A stretch of DNA of 64,000 nucleotides from Bacteroidaceae bacterium (GCA_021768245.1 JAETNO010000018.1:3416-67415), one strand, 5' to 3'; shown: positions 32,220 through 42,075, numbered from the stretch's first letter. The notes: a model not told the origin generated them from the sequence alone. Program-made: numbers and translations.

Positions 32220-32272
32220 CAATGTCAAACAAAAGTACAATACAAATATAACTAAAAATTTGACACTGCGCT

Positions 32273-32461
32273 ATGGAAACTTCAATTAACAAAAACGGAT
32301 GTTCGACTTGTGAGGTCGGGAAAGAAAAGTACACGACTTTCGAACATCGCGGTAAGACCTATTACCAGTATGACTACCGCCACACGGACGGCCGCTTATT
32401 CAGCACTACGGGTTCCTCGGTTGACTCCTGCCGTGCAAAACGTGATCTGTGGCTCAAATAA
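32273..32461 (+). CDS. DUF3873-like phage protein
   Basis: NGCSTC...YQYDYRHTDG.LFS pattern. Confidence 0.6.
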   Translation: METSINKNGCSTCEVGKEKYTTFEHRGKTYYQYDYRHTDGRLFSTTGSSVDSCRAKRDLWLK

Positions 32462-32468
32462 ATTTATC

Positions 32469-32690
32469 ATGGAACAGAATACTCAAACATTCGCGGCGCT
32501 CTACGACGCGCTACCACCGACAGAAAAGAACCGCATCACGGCTGAAATCATAAATCGGTGCAACGTCAGCCTTTGGACGATTCAATCATGGAAATCCGGA
32601 TGCCGGAAACCCAAACCCAAGAGCCGGGAGATACTCGCCGAACTGTTTGATGTCCCGACCTCTGAAATGTTCCCCGAAACTGTAAACTAA
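32469..32690 (+). CDS. Cro-like HTH protein
   Basis: CNVSLWTIQSWKSGCRKP; divergent from cI. Confidence 0.7.
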   Translation: MEQNTQTFAALYDALPPTEKNRITAEIINRCNVSLWTIQSWKSGCRKPKPKSREILAELFDVPTSEMFPETVN

Positions 32691-32704
32691 AACGACACGA
32701 CACT

Positions 32705-32896
32705 ATGGACAACTTCGAAATCATTGACTTCAACACACTGGAAAGGCGGAAACGCAAGGCAATTCTGAATCACGCGATCAAAGACATGGACAGAGTGGCC
32801 ATGCAACGCAAAAAGGAAGGTCTTGAGCCTCGCGGCTTCCTCCTGCAGTTTAACAATCTTATTCAAGTAGAAAAATTACATCATGGAAACAATTGA
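32705..32896 (+). CDS. Hypothetical phage protein
   Basis: ORF in early operon. Confidence 0.55.
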   Translation: MDNFEIIDFNTLERRKRKAILNHAIKDMDRVAMQRKKEGLEPRGFLLQFNNLIQVEKLHHGNN

Positions 32897-33068
32897 ATGG
32901 GTAAGACGAAAGGATTTATGCAAAGAACTCGGTATCAGCGCACGAACGGTTCAACGCTACACCAAGGCAGGATTATTCAGAACTAAGCCCCGCAAAACCC
33001 CATCGGGCGGATATGTACTACTCTACAATCTGAACCAAGCCCGACGCGCCTACACACAACCATCGTAA
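32883..33068 (+). CDS. Small HTH (excisionase-like) protein
   Basis: DLCKELGISARTVQRY. Confidence 0.6.
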   Translation: METIEWVRRKDLCKELGISARTVQRYTKAGLFRTKPRKTPSGGYVLLYNLNQARRAYTQPS

Positions 33069-33095
33069 AAAATCAACGCCAAAACACCCCAAGTC

Positions 33096-33530
33096 ATGAA
33101 TACTCACGATAATACCACAGGAACGGAGCAAATCACCAACAGCGAACGGCAGCGCACGGCGTCGGGAATGCCCGTTATCCGCATCCCGCAAAAAGTCTAT
33201 GAGACGATTGCCGAGGAGATTATCGACAAGGTAGACGGTCGGCCGTACTATGAAATGAAAATCGAGCGGGACAACGGCACCTATGCTTGGGAGTATTCAA
33301 TCAAATTCTATGCTTACTACGAGGTAGACCGCCGCCCGGACGGTGATGCTACTCGCCTCAAAGAGATTGCCCCAATTTGGGCGGAGTTCCATATGTGGTT
33401 CTCGGATGATGAAGAGGAACTGCAAAATGATTTCGATGCGGAAAAGCTCCGCGATCATGGAATACCATACAACAAACCTTTTACAACATCGGGAGTACGA
33501 ACGGGTACTCAATGTGCAAGCCGCCCGTGA
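33096..33530 (+). CDS. Hypothetical phage protein
   Basis: ORF with A-rich upstream region in early operon. Confidence 0.6.
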   Translation: MNTHDNTTGTEQITNSERQRTASGMPVIRIPQKVYETIAEEIIDKVDGRPYYEMKIERDNGTYAWEYSIKFYAYYEVDRRPDGDATRLKEIAPIWAEFHMWFSDDEEELQNDFDAEKLRDHGIPYNKPFTTSGVRTGTQCASRP

Positions 33531-33569
33531 GGGTCGCCCAAACCGTCCGTCCCACGATACGGGACAACC

Positions 33570-33696
33570 GGGGAGGTGGTGAAACGGTAGACATACACAC
33601 TATTGCCGACGTTCTTTCTTATCCACAAAAAAAACGCCGAGGGCGACAGGTGACGCAGATAGGCTGCGTGTGCGGGTTCGATTCCCGCCCTCTCCA
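33570..33696 (+). ncRNA. tRNA-like RNA with extended anticodon arm
   Basis: Acceptor GGGGAGG/CCTCTCC-A; D region TGGTGAAACGGTAGACAT; variable arm ACGCAG/CTGCGT; T arm GCGGG-TTCGATT-CCCGC. Confidence 0.65.
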
Positions 33697-33728
33697 CAAC
33701 ATTGTTCAACCATTTAAAATCAAACACT

Positions 33729-34667
33729 ATGACATTGATCCGCAAACCCAATGAGATTCAGATTCAGGGTAAAATCAAGATGCTGATTTACGGCCAGCCC
33801 GGTATGGGTAAAACCACTATGGCCCTCTCAGCTCCCGATCCGCTGCTTATCGACTGCGACAACGGCGTACAGCGTGTGAATCCGGCGCATATCAGCGACA
33901 CCGTGCAGGTTTCGTCCTACAACGACGTACTGGCGGTTCTGAACGAGGATTTAAGCCCGTACAAGTCCCTCGTTATCGACACGGCTGGAAAACTTCTCGA
34001 CTTCATCGCAGCGTATGTCATTGCTCGCAACCCGAAACTGGGCCGTGCAAACGGAGCCCCCACATTGCAGGGCTACGGCGAAATCAAAGCCGAGTTTTCG
34101 CAGTTCTGTAAATTGGTGATGTCGAAAGACAAGCATCTGATCTTTGTAGCACACCGCCAAACACGTACCGAGGGTGACGAAACGCGCTACGTTCCCCTGT
34201 TCAGCGGTTCGAACTACGACGCTGTTGTAACCGAACTCGACCTTTTGGGCTACATTGAGGCCAACGGCAACAAGCGTACGATTACGTTCAATGGCACGAG
34301 CCGCAACGACGGTAAGAATACCTGCAACCTGCCGGCTATGCTCGACATTCCATGTGTCGTCGATCCGGCCACGGGCAACGGCCTGCCGAACCGCTTCCTT
34401 TCCGACGCAGTAATCAAGGCCTACAACAACCACCTTTCGCGCCTGCAGGAGCAGGGACACAAGTACGCGGCGATTATGTCGCAGCTCAAGGAGAACATCG
34501 CGGCCATCACGGACGACATTTCGGCAAACGATTTTGTCGATCGCATCGACACGTTCGACCACGTCGGCGCGTCGAAAGTTGCCGCCGGCCAACTTCTCAG
34601 CGAGAAATGCCGTGCCCTCAAATTGACCTTCAACAAAACGACCCGTCGCTATGAGCAAGGTGCCTAA
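33729..34667 (+). CDS. AAA_24/Sak4-like ATPase (phage recombinase)
   Basis: YGQPGMGKTT Walker A; LVIDTAG; IFVAH. Confidence 0.8.
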   Translation: MTLIRKPNEIQIQGKIKMLIYGQPGMGKTTMALSAPDPLLIDCDNGVQRVNPAHISDTVQVSSYNDVLAVLNEDLSPYKSLVIDTAGKLLDFIAAYVIARNPKLGRANGAPTLQGYGEIKAEFSQFCKLVMSKDKHLIFVAHRQTRTEGDETRYVPLFSGSNYDAVVTELDLLGYIEANGNKRTITFNGTSRNDGKNTCNLPAMLDIPCVVDPATGNGLPNRFLSDAVIKAYNNHLSRLQEQGHKYAAIMSQLKENIAAITDDISANDFVDRIDTFDHVGASKVAAGQLLSEKCRALKLTFNKTTRRYEQGA

Positions 34668-35433
34668 CATCCGGTATCAATTCTACGCCACTTTGCTCGA
34701 CAGCTTTCAAAGCTATTTGAGCAGTGACGAGATTTGGGAGAAATATTGGGGCAGCTCCACAAAACCCGAAACCCTCACTCCGGACGAGTTCTGTGAGAAA
34801 AGCAAGCAGGACGTCCTCGACCGCATCAACCGCGTGCCATTCCAAAGTGCCGCGGCCGATCAGGGAACATGCTTCAATGAGATTGTCGATTGCCTTGTAC
34901 TGAATAAGGCTACATGCCGCGAGGATATGGTACTTCGTTCTGACAAAGAGCGTCAAATCTTCTCGGCCGACTTTCGGGGACAGACCTATGAATTTCCGAT
35001 GTCGATTTGCTGGGAGTTCGCCAAGTACTATAAAGGGGCATTGCCGCAGGTATTCTGCGAGGGTGTTCTGCCGACCAAGTACGGCGATGTCCGGCTTTAT
35101 GGGTACATCGACGAGCTGATGCCGTTCGGCATTCATGACATCAAGACCACGGGCGGTTATCAAGCGGGGAACTTCCGTAAACATTGGCAGCACCACGCAT
35201 ATCCATTCTGCATGGAGCAGATGGGAACCCTTGTAAAATACTTCGAGTACAACATCTGCGAGATCAAGCGACTGCAATGCGGCGCAGTGAAGACTGCAAG
35301 TTTCACGGAGTTTTACCCCTATCTGCCGGAAGAAACGCGAATGTTGCTGACGGCGCACTGCGAGCAGTTCATCGAGTTTATCGAGGCCAACCGCCATAAA
35401 ATCACAGACACGAAAATCTTTAATCAAGAGTAA
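34651..35433 (+). CDS. PD-(D/E)XK exonuclease-like protein
   Basis: GYIDE...DIKTT...QHHAY motifs; next to Sak4. Confidence 0.65.
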   Translation: MSKVPNIRYQFYATLLDSFQSYLSSDEIWEKYWGSSTKPETLTPDEFCEKSKQDVLDRINRVPFQSAAADQGTCFNEIVDCLVLNKATCREDMVLRSDKERQIFSADFRGQTYEFPMSICWEFAKYYKGALPQVFCEGVLPTKYGDVRLYGYIDELMPFGIHDIKTTGGYQAGNFRKHWQHHAYPFCMEQMGTLVKYFEYNICEIKRLQCGAVKTASFTEFYPYLPEETRMLLTAHCEQFIEFIEANRHKITDTKIFNQE

Positions 35434-35435
35434 TC

Positions 35436-35783
35436 ATGGCAAAACAGATTATAGGCCGCCACAACGTATGCGCGGCGAAGGAATACACCACCTCACAAGG
35501 AGAGGTTAAGACCCAGTGGGTGCCGATCGGCACGTCCGTAACTTTCGACGACAGCTCATACCTTATCAATATCAATGCCCTGCCGATGGGCAATTGGTGG
35601 GACGGTGTGCTGCAAGGCTTCAAGCAGGAACCCCGCGACCAGCAGGGCACAGCCCGGTCGCAGTCACCCGCCGCCGGAGGCTATCAGCAACCACAGTACG
35701 GCCAAGCACCGCAGGGGTATCGACCGCCGGCCCCGGCACCCGTCGCAGCTCCTTTCCCACCGTACGAAGAAAGCCCATTTTAA
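35436..35783 (+). CDS. Putative ssDNA-binding protein
   Basis: Small beta domain, Gln/Pro-rich linker, acidic EESPF tail. Confidence 0.6.
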   Translation: MAKQIIGRHNVCAAKEYTTSQGEVKTQWVPIGTSVTFDDSSYLININALPMGNWWDGVLQGFKQEPRDQQGTARSQSPAAGGYQQPQYGQAPQGYRPPAPAPVAAPFPPYEESPF

Positions 35784-35786
35784 GCG

Positions 35787-36203
35787 ATGAAAGATTTCCG
35801 TATCACGACACCCAAAGACAAAGAGGCTGTTAAGGCCTACCTCGACCGTCTGCCGGACGGCAAGCGTTACGATGTGGTCGTGAAACTCCACCGGGAGAAA
35901 CGGACGCTGAGCCAAAACAACCTTTTTCACTTGTGGTGTTCCTGCATAGCCGACGAAACGGGCGAGGATAAGGCCCGGATCAAAATATTGCTCAAAGAAA
36001 TGTTTCTCGGCTATAAAGAATACGGACTATTCGGCCACAAAACATTTTCGCTGCCCTCGACCTCTGCCCTCGATACGAAACAGATGTCCGAGTTTATGAA
36101 CAAAGTGCAGGTTTGGGCTTCGGCCGAAATGGGAATCCTGCTACCGGTTCCGGAAGATGAATTTTTCTACCAATTCGAAGAACAATACAAAAACAGAATT
36201 TAG
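35787..36203 (+). CDS. NinB-like recombination protein
   Basis: KRTLSQNNLFH.W and STSALDTKQMSEF. Confidence 0.65.
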   Translation: MKDFRITTPKDKEAVKAYLDRLPDGKRYDVVVKLHREKRTLSQNNLFHLWCSCIADETGEDKARIKILLKEMFLGYKEYGLFGHKTFSLPSTSALDTKQMSEFMNKVQVWASAEMGILLPVPEDEFFYQFEEQYKNRI

Positions 36204-36860
36204 ATGAAAACAATCAAAATTAAAAGTGCCACACTTTCGGCCCGTACGCTCAAAGTGGCTTACGATGAAACGATCTCAGACGGCACGGCGACCGTAACAA
36301 ACGAGTACGCAGTAAACAAAGGTACGCTCTGCCATGAAGATTTGATCCATGCGCTGGAGCGGCTCAAACCTCACATGGCTATGCTGTGCGACCTCAAGGA
36401 AGTAGGCGGCATCGAAGGGGTTATTATCGACCTTGACCGTTACGATTTCGGGGAAAGCCTCGACAAAGTATTCATCAGCGGCATCAAGGTGTCCTATGGA
36501 CTGAAGGGCGAAGTACTGACGATCATCGGCGGTAAGACCACGGACAAAGGCCGGGTGCTGAACCTCTGTGCGCCGAGTGTGGCGGATATCGACACTGAAT
36601 ACCCGTATGTGAGTGAACTTTTCGAGGTGCTTGAAAATATCCGCGCGGAGATCAACGCCTATCTGTTTGATGGCAAATGTGCCGTAAAGCAGGCGGAATT
36701 TGATTTCGACGAGGATATCTCCGGCGTCGAGGGTGATGCGCCGGAAGAGGCGGCAGAACCCGCGGAGCAGCCCGCGGCCGAAGCACCCGCAGAAACCGAG
36801 GGCACACATTTCCCCAAACGTGGCCGCAAGAAAGGCAAGTCGGTAAAACTGTCCGCATAA
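36204..36860 (+). CDS. Hypothetical phage protein with acidic/basic tail
   Basis: Abutting ORF in early operon. Confidence 0.65.
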   Translation: MKTIKIKSATLSARTLKVAYDETISDGTATVTNEYAVNKGTLCHEDLIHALERLKPHMAMLCDLKEVGGIEGVIIDLDRYDFGESLDKVFISGIKVSYGLKGEVLTIIGGKTTDKGRVLNLCAPSVADIDTEYPYVSELFEVLENIRAEINAYLFDGKCAVKQAEFDFDEDISGVEGDAPEEAAEPAEQPAAEAPAETEGTHFPKRGRKKGKSVKLSA

Positions 36861-36878
36861 CCGTAGGCATAGAACACC

Positions 36879-38528
36879 ATGTTGATCACCCAAGTAAATA
36901 CAGACTTCCACATTGCATTCCGCTACTGCCGGCATTTGGTTGAAGCGGTGAAGAACCTGCCCGGTCGTCGGTATGACCCAGTAAATAAATTTTGGGTCGT
37001 GCCGACGCGGGAGCGGGCGGCAGTCGAGGCCTTTGCCCGGCGGTATGGCTTTCGGATGGGGGATCAGTCGGCGCGGGCTGAAATGGTCGGAGAGATTCCT
37101 CCGATGCCGGAATTGCAGGTTGAAATTCCCCTTGCTATGGAATTGTATCATTATCAGAAGCAGGGCGTGGCGTACTGTCTTGAGCATCCGCACACGATAA
37201 TAGGCGATAAACCGGGACTTGGAAAGACGGCGCAGAGCATCGCGGCTGTGATTGCTCAACGCGCGTTCCCGTGCCTTATCATCGCGCCGGCGACGCTGAA
37301 AATCAACTGGGCGCGCGAGGTTAAGCAATGGGGCGGCGATAAGATGAACGCCATAATCATCAACGACAAAAACCGCCGGACATGGCATCTGTTCTATGAA
37401 GCTGGGATGGCGCAGTTCTTCGTGGTGAATTACGAAAGCCTCAAAAAGTACTTCGTGGAGAAGTTCACCAACAAAGAGGGGCAGAAGCTGATGCTTTCGC
37501 ATATCAAGTTCCGGCCCACGATCGACATTTTCAAGTCGGTGATTATCGACGAGAGCCACCGATGCAAAAACGGTTCTGCCCAGCAGTCTAAGTTCTGCAT
37601 GGGTATCAGCAAAGAAAAACCCGTAACATACCTGTTGTCAGGTACTCCTTTGGTGAACAAGCCGAAAGACTTGATACCGCAGTTGCATATCATGGGTATG
37701 CTGTCGAAGTTCGGAGGATACAAATATTTTGTGAACAGGTATTGCTCCGGGCCGAACGAAGCAAGCAATCTTCGGGAGTTGAATTACCTGCTGAACCTGC
37801 ATTGTTTCTACCAGCGGGCAAAAGAGGACGTTCTGAAAGACCTCCCGGCCAAGACCCGGCAGACGATCCTTTGCGATATTTCCAACCGCAAGGAGTATAT
37901 GGATGCCGAACGCGACCTTATCAAGTACCTGCGGGAATACCGGGATGCCTCGGATGAACAGCAGCGCCGGGCTAAACGGGGAGAGGTGATTGTACGTATC
38001 AACGTCCTGCGTCAGATATGTGCGCGCGGCAAGGTCAAAGAGGTAAAGGAATTCATCGACGACCTGATCGAATCGGGCGAGAAGCTCATTCTATTTATGA
38101 ACCTGATCGAACTGGGCGATGCTTTCAAAAAACTGTACCCGAATGCAGTTGTAATCCGCGGCGGGATGTCGGCCGAAGATAAACAGCGCTCCGTCGATTT
38201 GTTCCAGCACGACCCCGTCTGCAAACTGGCAATTTGCAATATCAAAGCTGCCGGGGTCGGCTTGACTCTCACCGCATCGTCCCGCGTGGCGTTCGTAGAG
38301 TTCCCGTGGACATATGCCGACTGTGAGCAATGCGAGGATCGCGCCCACCGTATCGGGCAGAAAAACAATGTGTCGTGCTACTACTTTCTCGGTGAAAAGA
38401 CAATCGACGAGGACATCTACAAAATCATCCAAACAAAAAAAAGCATCGCGCAAACCGTGACCGGCACCGTGGATCAGGTTGAAGAAAATGTTGTCGATGC
38501 CATCATGAACATTTTTAACCAAAAATAA
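36879..38528 (+). CDS. SNF2-family helicase (SMARCAL1/HARP-like)
   Basis: GDKPGLGKT, DESH, LSGTP, GVGLTLT, QCEDRAHRIGQ. Confidence 0.9.
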   Translation: MLITQVNTDFHIAFRYCRHLVEAVKNLPGRRYDPVNKFWVVPTRERAAVEAFARRYGFRMGDQSARAEMVGEIPPMPELQVEIPLAMELYHYQKQGVAYCLEHPHTIIGDKPGLGKTAQSIAAVIAQRAFPCLIIAPATLKINWAREVKQWGGDKMNAIIINDKNRRTWHLFYEAGMAQFFVVNYESLKKYFVEKFTNKEGQKLMLSHIKFRPTIDIFKSVIIDESHRCKNGSAQQSKFCMGISKEKPVTYLLSGTPLVNKPKDLIPQLHIMGMLSKFGGYKYFVNRYCSGPNEASNLRELNYLLNLHCFYQRAKEDVLKDLPAKTRQTILCDISNRKEYMDAERDLIKYLREYRDASDEQQRRAKRGEVIVRINVLRQICARGKVKEVKEFIDDLIESGEKLILFMNLIELGDAFKKLYPNAVVIRGGMSAEDKQRSVDLFQHDPVCKLAICNIKAAGVGLTLTASSRVAFVEFPWTYADCEQCEDRAHRIGQKNNVSCYYFLGEKTIDEDIYKIIQTKKSIAQTVTGTVDQVEENVVDAIMNIFNQK

Positions 38529-38537
38529 ATTGACATT

Positions 38538-40073
38538 ATGGAAAACAAATTTGTATTTCTCGACATCACGTCGATAGGGATCAACCCTATGAACCCGCGT
38601 AAAACATTCGATCCGCGGGCGCTGGGTGAACTCTCGGACAGCATCAAAGTCGTGGGCGTTTTACAACCCATCACCGTGCGGCCGAAACCTACTGAGGAAC
38701 ATGGTGAAAAGTACCAGCTTGTATGCGGTGAGCGCCGTTGGCGTGCTGCGGCCATGGCCGGCCTCAAAGAAATTCCCGCGATTATCCGCGAACTGACCGA
38801 CGACGAGGCCGTAGATGTTGCCATCACGGAGAACCTGCAACGTAAAGACGTTTCGCCTCTCGAAGAGGCCGACGCATTCAAATATCTGCTCGACAAAGGG
38901 CAGAGCATCGCCGACTTGTGCGGACGCTTCGGTAAGAGTGAGTTCTATGTTCGGGGGCGCATGAAACTGCTTGCCATAAGCGACGATTTCCGCAAGATGC
39001 TCGATGCTGGGGAAATTTCGATTTCCCAAGCAATGGAGATCGCCAAATTCGACGCGGACATTCAAGGTAGAATGTACGAACAGCATTTTGCCCAGCAATA
39101 CTATAACTCATGGCACGATTTGAATGCAAAAGCTTTATACCAGCGAGTAGTTCAGTCCTATACGAAAATACTTGATCGATACAAATTCGACAAGGGCGAA
39201 TGCGATACATGTCCGAACTGCTCCAAGAATTTCAGTCTTTTCGCTGGCGGGGATGGTGAGGCAACATGTCAGGATGACTCCTGCCTGCAACGGAAAAAGC
39301 GCGAATATGAACTTGGCATTGCCTTGAAACTTCAAAAGCAGCACCCCGAAGCAGATTTCTACACGATGCACAAGGATTGCCCCAAAAAGGCCGAATTGGA
39401 GAAGCAAGGCCACGAAGTCAAGATTTGGCCGGGATGGCCGAACCGTATAGGGGCGGTTGTAACCAAGGAACTCAGAAGTAAAGTCGAGAACGGCACCGCA
39501 CATCTTGCCATCTGGGTGTATAGCGATGACCCATATTTCGGATATATCGAAACAAATGGTGCAGCTACCCTATCTGAAACCGCCAACTCAATAAAAGAAC
39601 TCCAGAACAAGGACAACCGAAACAAGGAGCTTGAAGAGGAAAAGACCGTATCGGAAGTACGCGACACCATCAAAAAAATGGATATCGAAACACTGTCTGC
39701 CGGAGAGCTTACGGCCTACGAGTCACAACTGACGTTGTTTATCTTGGTTCGAAACCTCAATAAAGAGCAGCAGGAGAAATTAGGCACGGTTCAGCATTAC
39801 TCGATGTCCGACGAGGAAGCGTGGAACGCCGTGATGAATGTCACGCCGGAGCAGATCGCCTACATTCACCGATGCAATATTCTCAACCAAGTCGGCGACC
39901 ATTTCCGGCGGGACTTCAAAACAGACCTTTTCTTCGACTGGGTGAACAGCCGGGATAAGTCTATTATTCCGGAGGTGGAATTAAAGTACCGAGAGGTTTA
40001 CCTGCGCCGCAAGGAAAAGATCGACGCCCGTATTGCTGAAATAGAATTGGCCGAAGCTGAAAAGGGAAAATAG
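38538..40073 (+). CDS. ParB/Spo0J-family protein with Cys-rich region
   Basis: NPRKTF, GVLQPITVR, GERRWRA, ENLQRKD. Confidence 0.85.
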   Translation: MENKFVFLDITSIGINPMNPRKTFDPRALGELSDSIKVVGVLQPITVRPKPTEEHGEKYQLVCGERRWRAAAMAGLKEIPAIIRELTDDEAVDVAITENLQRKDVSPLEEADAFKYLLDKGQSIADLCGRFGKSEFYVRGRMKLLAISDDFRKMLDAGEISISQAMEIAKFDADIQGRMYEQHFAQQYYNSWHDLNAKALYQRVVQSYTKILDRYKFDKGECDTCPNCSKNFSLFAGGDGEATCQDDSCLQRKKREYELGIALKLQKQHPEADFYTMHKDCPKKAELEKQGHEVKIWPGWPNRIGAVVTKELRSKVENGTAHLAIWVYSDDPYFGYIETNGAATLSETANSIKELQNKDNRNKELEEEKTVSEVRDTIKKMDIETLSAGELTAYESQLTLFILVRNLNKEQQEKLGTVQHYSMSDEEAWNAVMNVTPEQIAYIHRCNILNQVGDHFRRDFKTDLFFDWVNSRDKSIIPEVELKYREVYLRRKEKIDARIAEIELAEAEKGK

Positions 40074-40076
40074 GAA

Positions 40077-40916
40077 ATGAACTACATCGAGTTGATAAAC
40101 CAATTTTGGCAAACACGACGTAGAGTGCGATTGACCAGCGCGGAGGCAGACCTGTACTTTTGCCTGCTGCAAGAGTGCAACCTCCGCGGCTGGCTCAATC
40201 CCTTTGAGTGTCCCAACGGGTTAATCTGCGCGACTATCGGTGTGAGCGAATCCACTTTGATAGATGTGCGCAATAGATTACAGCAAAAGGGTTTTATCAA
40301 ATTCGTAAGTGGTTGTCGTAAGGCGAAATCTCCCGTTTACTCCATTTTATACTTTGAAAATCCAAGTATAAACCCAAGTATAAGCCGGGGTATAAACCCA
40401 AGTATAAACCTGAGTAAAGAGGACGACACACCTATATATAGGTCTTTATCTAACGATAAAGACGGCTTAAAACAGAAACAGAAACATATTCCACCTGATT
40501 GTCCCCCTGCGGGTGACGGTGAATTACCGCTCGGTATTGTTTCAGAAGATCCCCTAAAAAAAAGGGCGGAGATATGCAAACGGGTACGGGAAACATATCA
40601 TCGGCATTGCAAAGGGCTTCCGCCCATAAGAACCATGACGCCGAAGCGTCAACAGGCTATCATGGCGCGGATGCAGGAACACGGCGAAGCCGCGGTTATG
40701 GAAATGCTCGAAATTGCAGGACGGTCGAAATTTCTTGCCGGGCAGAATACACATCAATGGACAGCTACTTTCGACTGGCTATTTAAACCTACGAATTTCA
40801 TCAAAACTTTAGAACGGAATTACGATGACAAAACAAAACAATATGACAACGGCCGAACGACTGCTGGCGGGGATCAAAGAAAGTGCTTCACGGGCGAGTA
40901 TAGCGAGGCCTTTTGA
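40077..40916 (+). CDS. Phage replication initiator
   Basis: N-terminal winged HTH; internal iterons; ATFDWLFKPTNF.K.LE.NY. Confidence 0.75.
   Translation: MNYIELINQFWQTRRRVRLTSAEADLYFCLLQECNLRGWLNPFECPNGLICATIGVSESTLIDVRNRLQQKGFIKFVSGCRKAKSPVYSILYFENPSINPSISRGINPSINLSKEDDTPIYRSLSNDKDGLKQKQKHIPPDCPPAGDGELPLGIVSEDPLKKRAEICKRVRETYHRHCKGLPPIRTMTPKRQQAIMARMQEHGEAAVMEMLEIAGRSKFLAGQNTHQWTATFDWLFKPTNFIKTLERNYDDKTKQYDNGRTTAGGDQRKCFTGEYSEAF
40359..40418 (+). repeat. Five 12-bp tandem repeats (AACCCAAGTATA consensus), putative origin iterons
   Basis: aatccaagtata aacccaagtata agccggggtata aacccaagtata aacctgagtaaa. Confidence 0.75.
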
Positions 40917-41499
40917 AATCGACATGCGGGAACAGCAAGTTGCGGAAGCTATAACGTACCTGTTTTCGCTCCAGTGTGCGCAGACGGGCAAAGTTGCGGA
41001 TATTTCTCCGATGGTAGTCAAAGCGATTGAAAAGGCGGCGCATTGGCTTGTAAATCCTGAACGGGTAAGCCTCAAGATACTCGGCACACCGGGTACTGGA
41101 AAAACAACGCTGCTTTATGCCATCCGGGAGTTTATTTGGCGCTACAACCAAACGCAACCGTTCGGGCGAGTTGGCCTGCGCATACATCCGGCTCTGATGA
41201 TTGTAGATGCTTTCCAGCGTAAGGATGCAAACCTTGATCTTAATATGGCCGTGTCGATCCCCGTATTGGCGATTGATGACGTGGGGGTCGAAGCTACGGA
41301 GATCAAATATTACGGTTCGGAGTTGCGACCTGTTACCGATATCATCCTGCACCGGAGCAACGAGAACAAACCGACAATCATCGTCAGCAACTTCGGGGAG
41401 CCGGATTTCCTTGCGAAGTACGGCGAACGGGTGTTTGATCGGCTCAAGGATATGACGACGATTTTAATGACCGGGGAAAGTAACCGCAGGAACAAATGA
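40825..41499 (+). CDS. DnaC/IstB-like helicase loader ATPase
   Basis: GTPGTGKTT, LAIDDVGVE, IIVSN, YGERVFDRL. Confidence 0.85.
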   Translation: MTKQNNMTTAERLLAGIKESASRASIARPFEIDMREQQVAEAITYLFSLQCAQTGKVADISPMVVKAIEKAAHWLVNPERVSLKILGTPGTGKTTLLYAIREFIWRYNQTQPFGRVGLRIHPALMIVDAFQRKDANLDLNMAVSIPVLAIDDVGVEATEIKYYGSELRPVTDIILHRSNENKPTIIVSNFGEPDFLAKYGERVFDRLKDMTTILMTGESNRRNK

Positions 41500-41726
41500 T
41501 TTTGAAACCCCTACATATCCGCTTTCTCGCAGCAATGCAGAATATCGTCGAGGATAAAAAGGCTCGCCGGGTCGTACCGTCTGCGGCGCTCTCTATGGAG
41601 TTGGTGCATTTTCTGAAACTTTCCCGCGCGGAAGTCGAGCGGATTGGCGCAGAACTGGCCACCGCTGGGGAGATCAGTACCGGCGACACGATAAATCAGA
41701 AATACTACAAACCAAGTAATGAGTAG
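41496..41726 (+). CDS. Hypothetical phage protein
   Basis: ATGA-coupled ORF. Confidence 0.6.
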   Translation: MILKPLHIRFLAAMQNIVEDKKARRVVPSAALSMELVHFLKLSRAEVERIGAELATAGEISTGDTINQKYYKPSNE

Positions 41727-42075
41727 GCATAACGAATCGAGGCTACAAACGTCTTGCGTTACATGGTTCCGAATGCAGTACCGGAGTTTGGCAAAACTGC
41801 TCTTTGCCGTGCCGAATGGCGGTAGCCGTTCGAAAGTCGAGGCGGCGATCATGCAGGGTGAAGGTGTAACGCCCGGAGTGTCGGATTTGATTCTGTTGGT
41901 TGCACGAGGTAATTACAACGGCCTATGTATCGAAATGAAAACAGAATCGCGCGGATCCCGGCAGTCCGACAACCAAAAGGCGTGGCAGGTATTGGTCGAG
42001 GCGCAGGGTTATAAATACGTCGTGTGTCGTAGCATCGAGCAGTTTATGTCTGAAATAAATAACTATCTGAAATAA
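41719..42075 (+). CDS. VRR-NUC domain nuclease
   Basis: ESRLQ, AVPNGG, PGVSDL, IEMK, QKAW. Confidence 0.85.
   Translation: MSRHNESRLQTSCVTWFRMQYRSLAKLLFAVPNGGSRSKVEAAIMQGEGVTPGVSDLILLVARGNYNGLCIEMKTESRGSRQSDNQKAWQVLVEAQGYKYVVCRSIEQFMSEINNYLK

Noticed and set aside
33619..33627. Perfect DnaA box TTATCCACA
   Set aside because: Single copy within the tRNA-like loop; chance occurrence is plausible and no box cluster is present
33512..33754. 80-aa ORFs on both strands
   Set aside because: They overlap the structured tRNA-like RNA and have no protein features
40359..40418. Short repeats as a CRISPR array
   Set aside because: 12-bp tandem units without spacers, inside a CDS; no cas genes in the window
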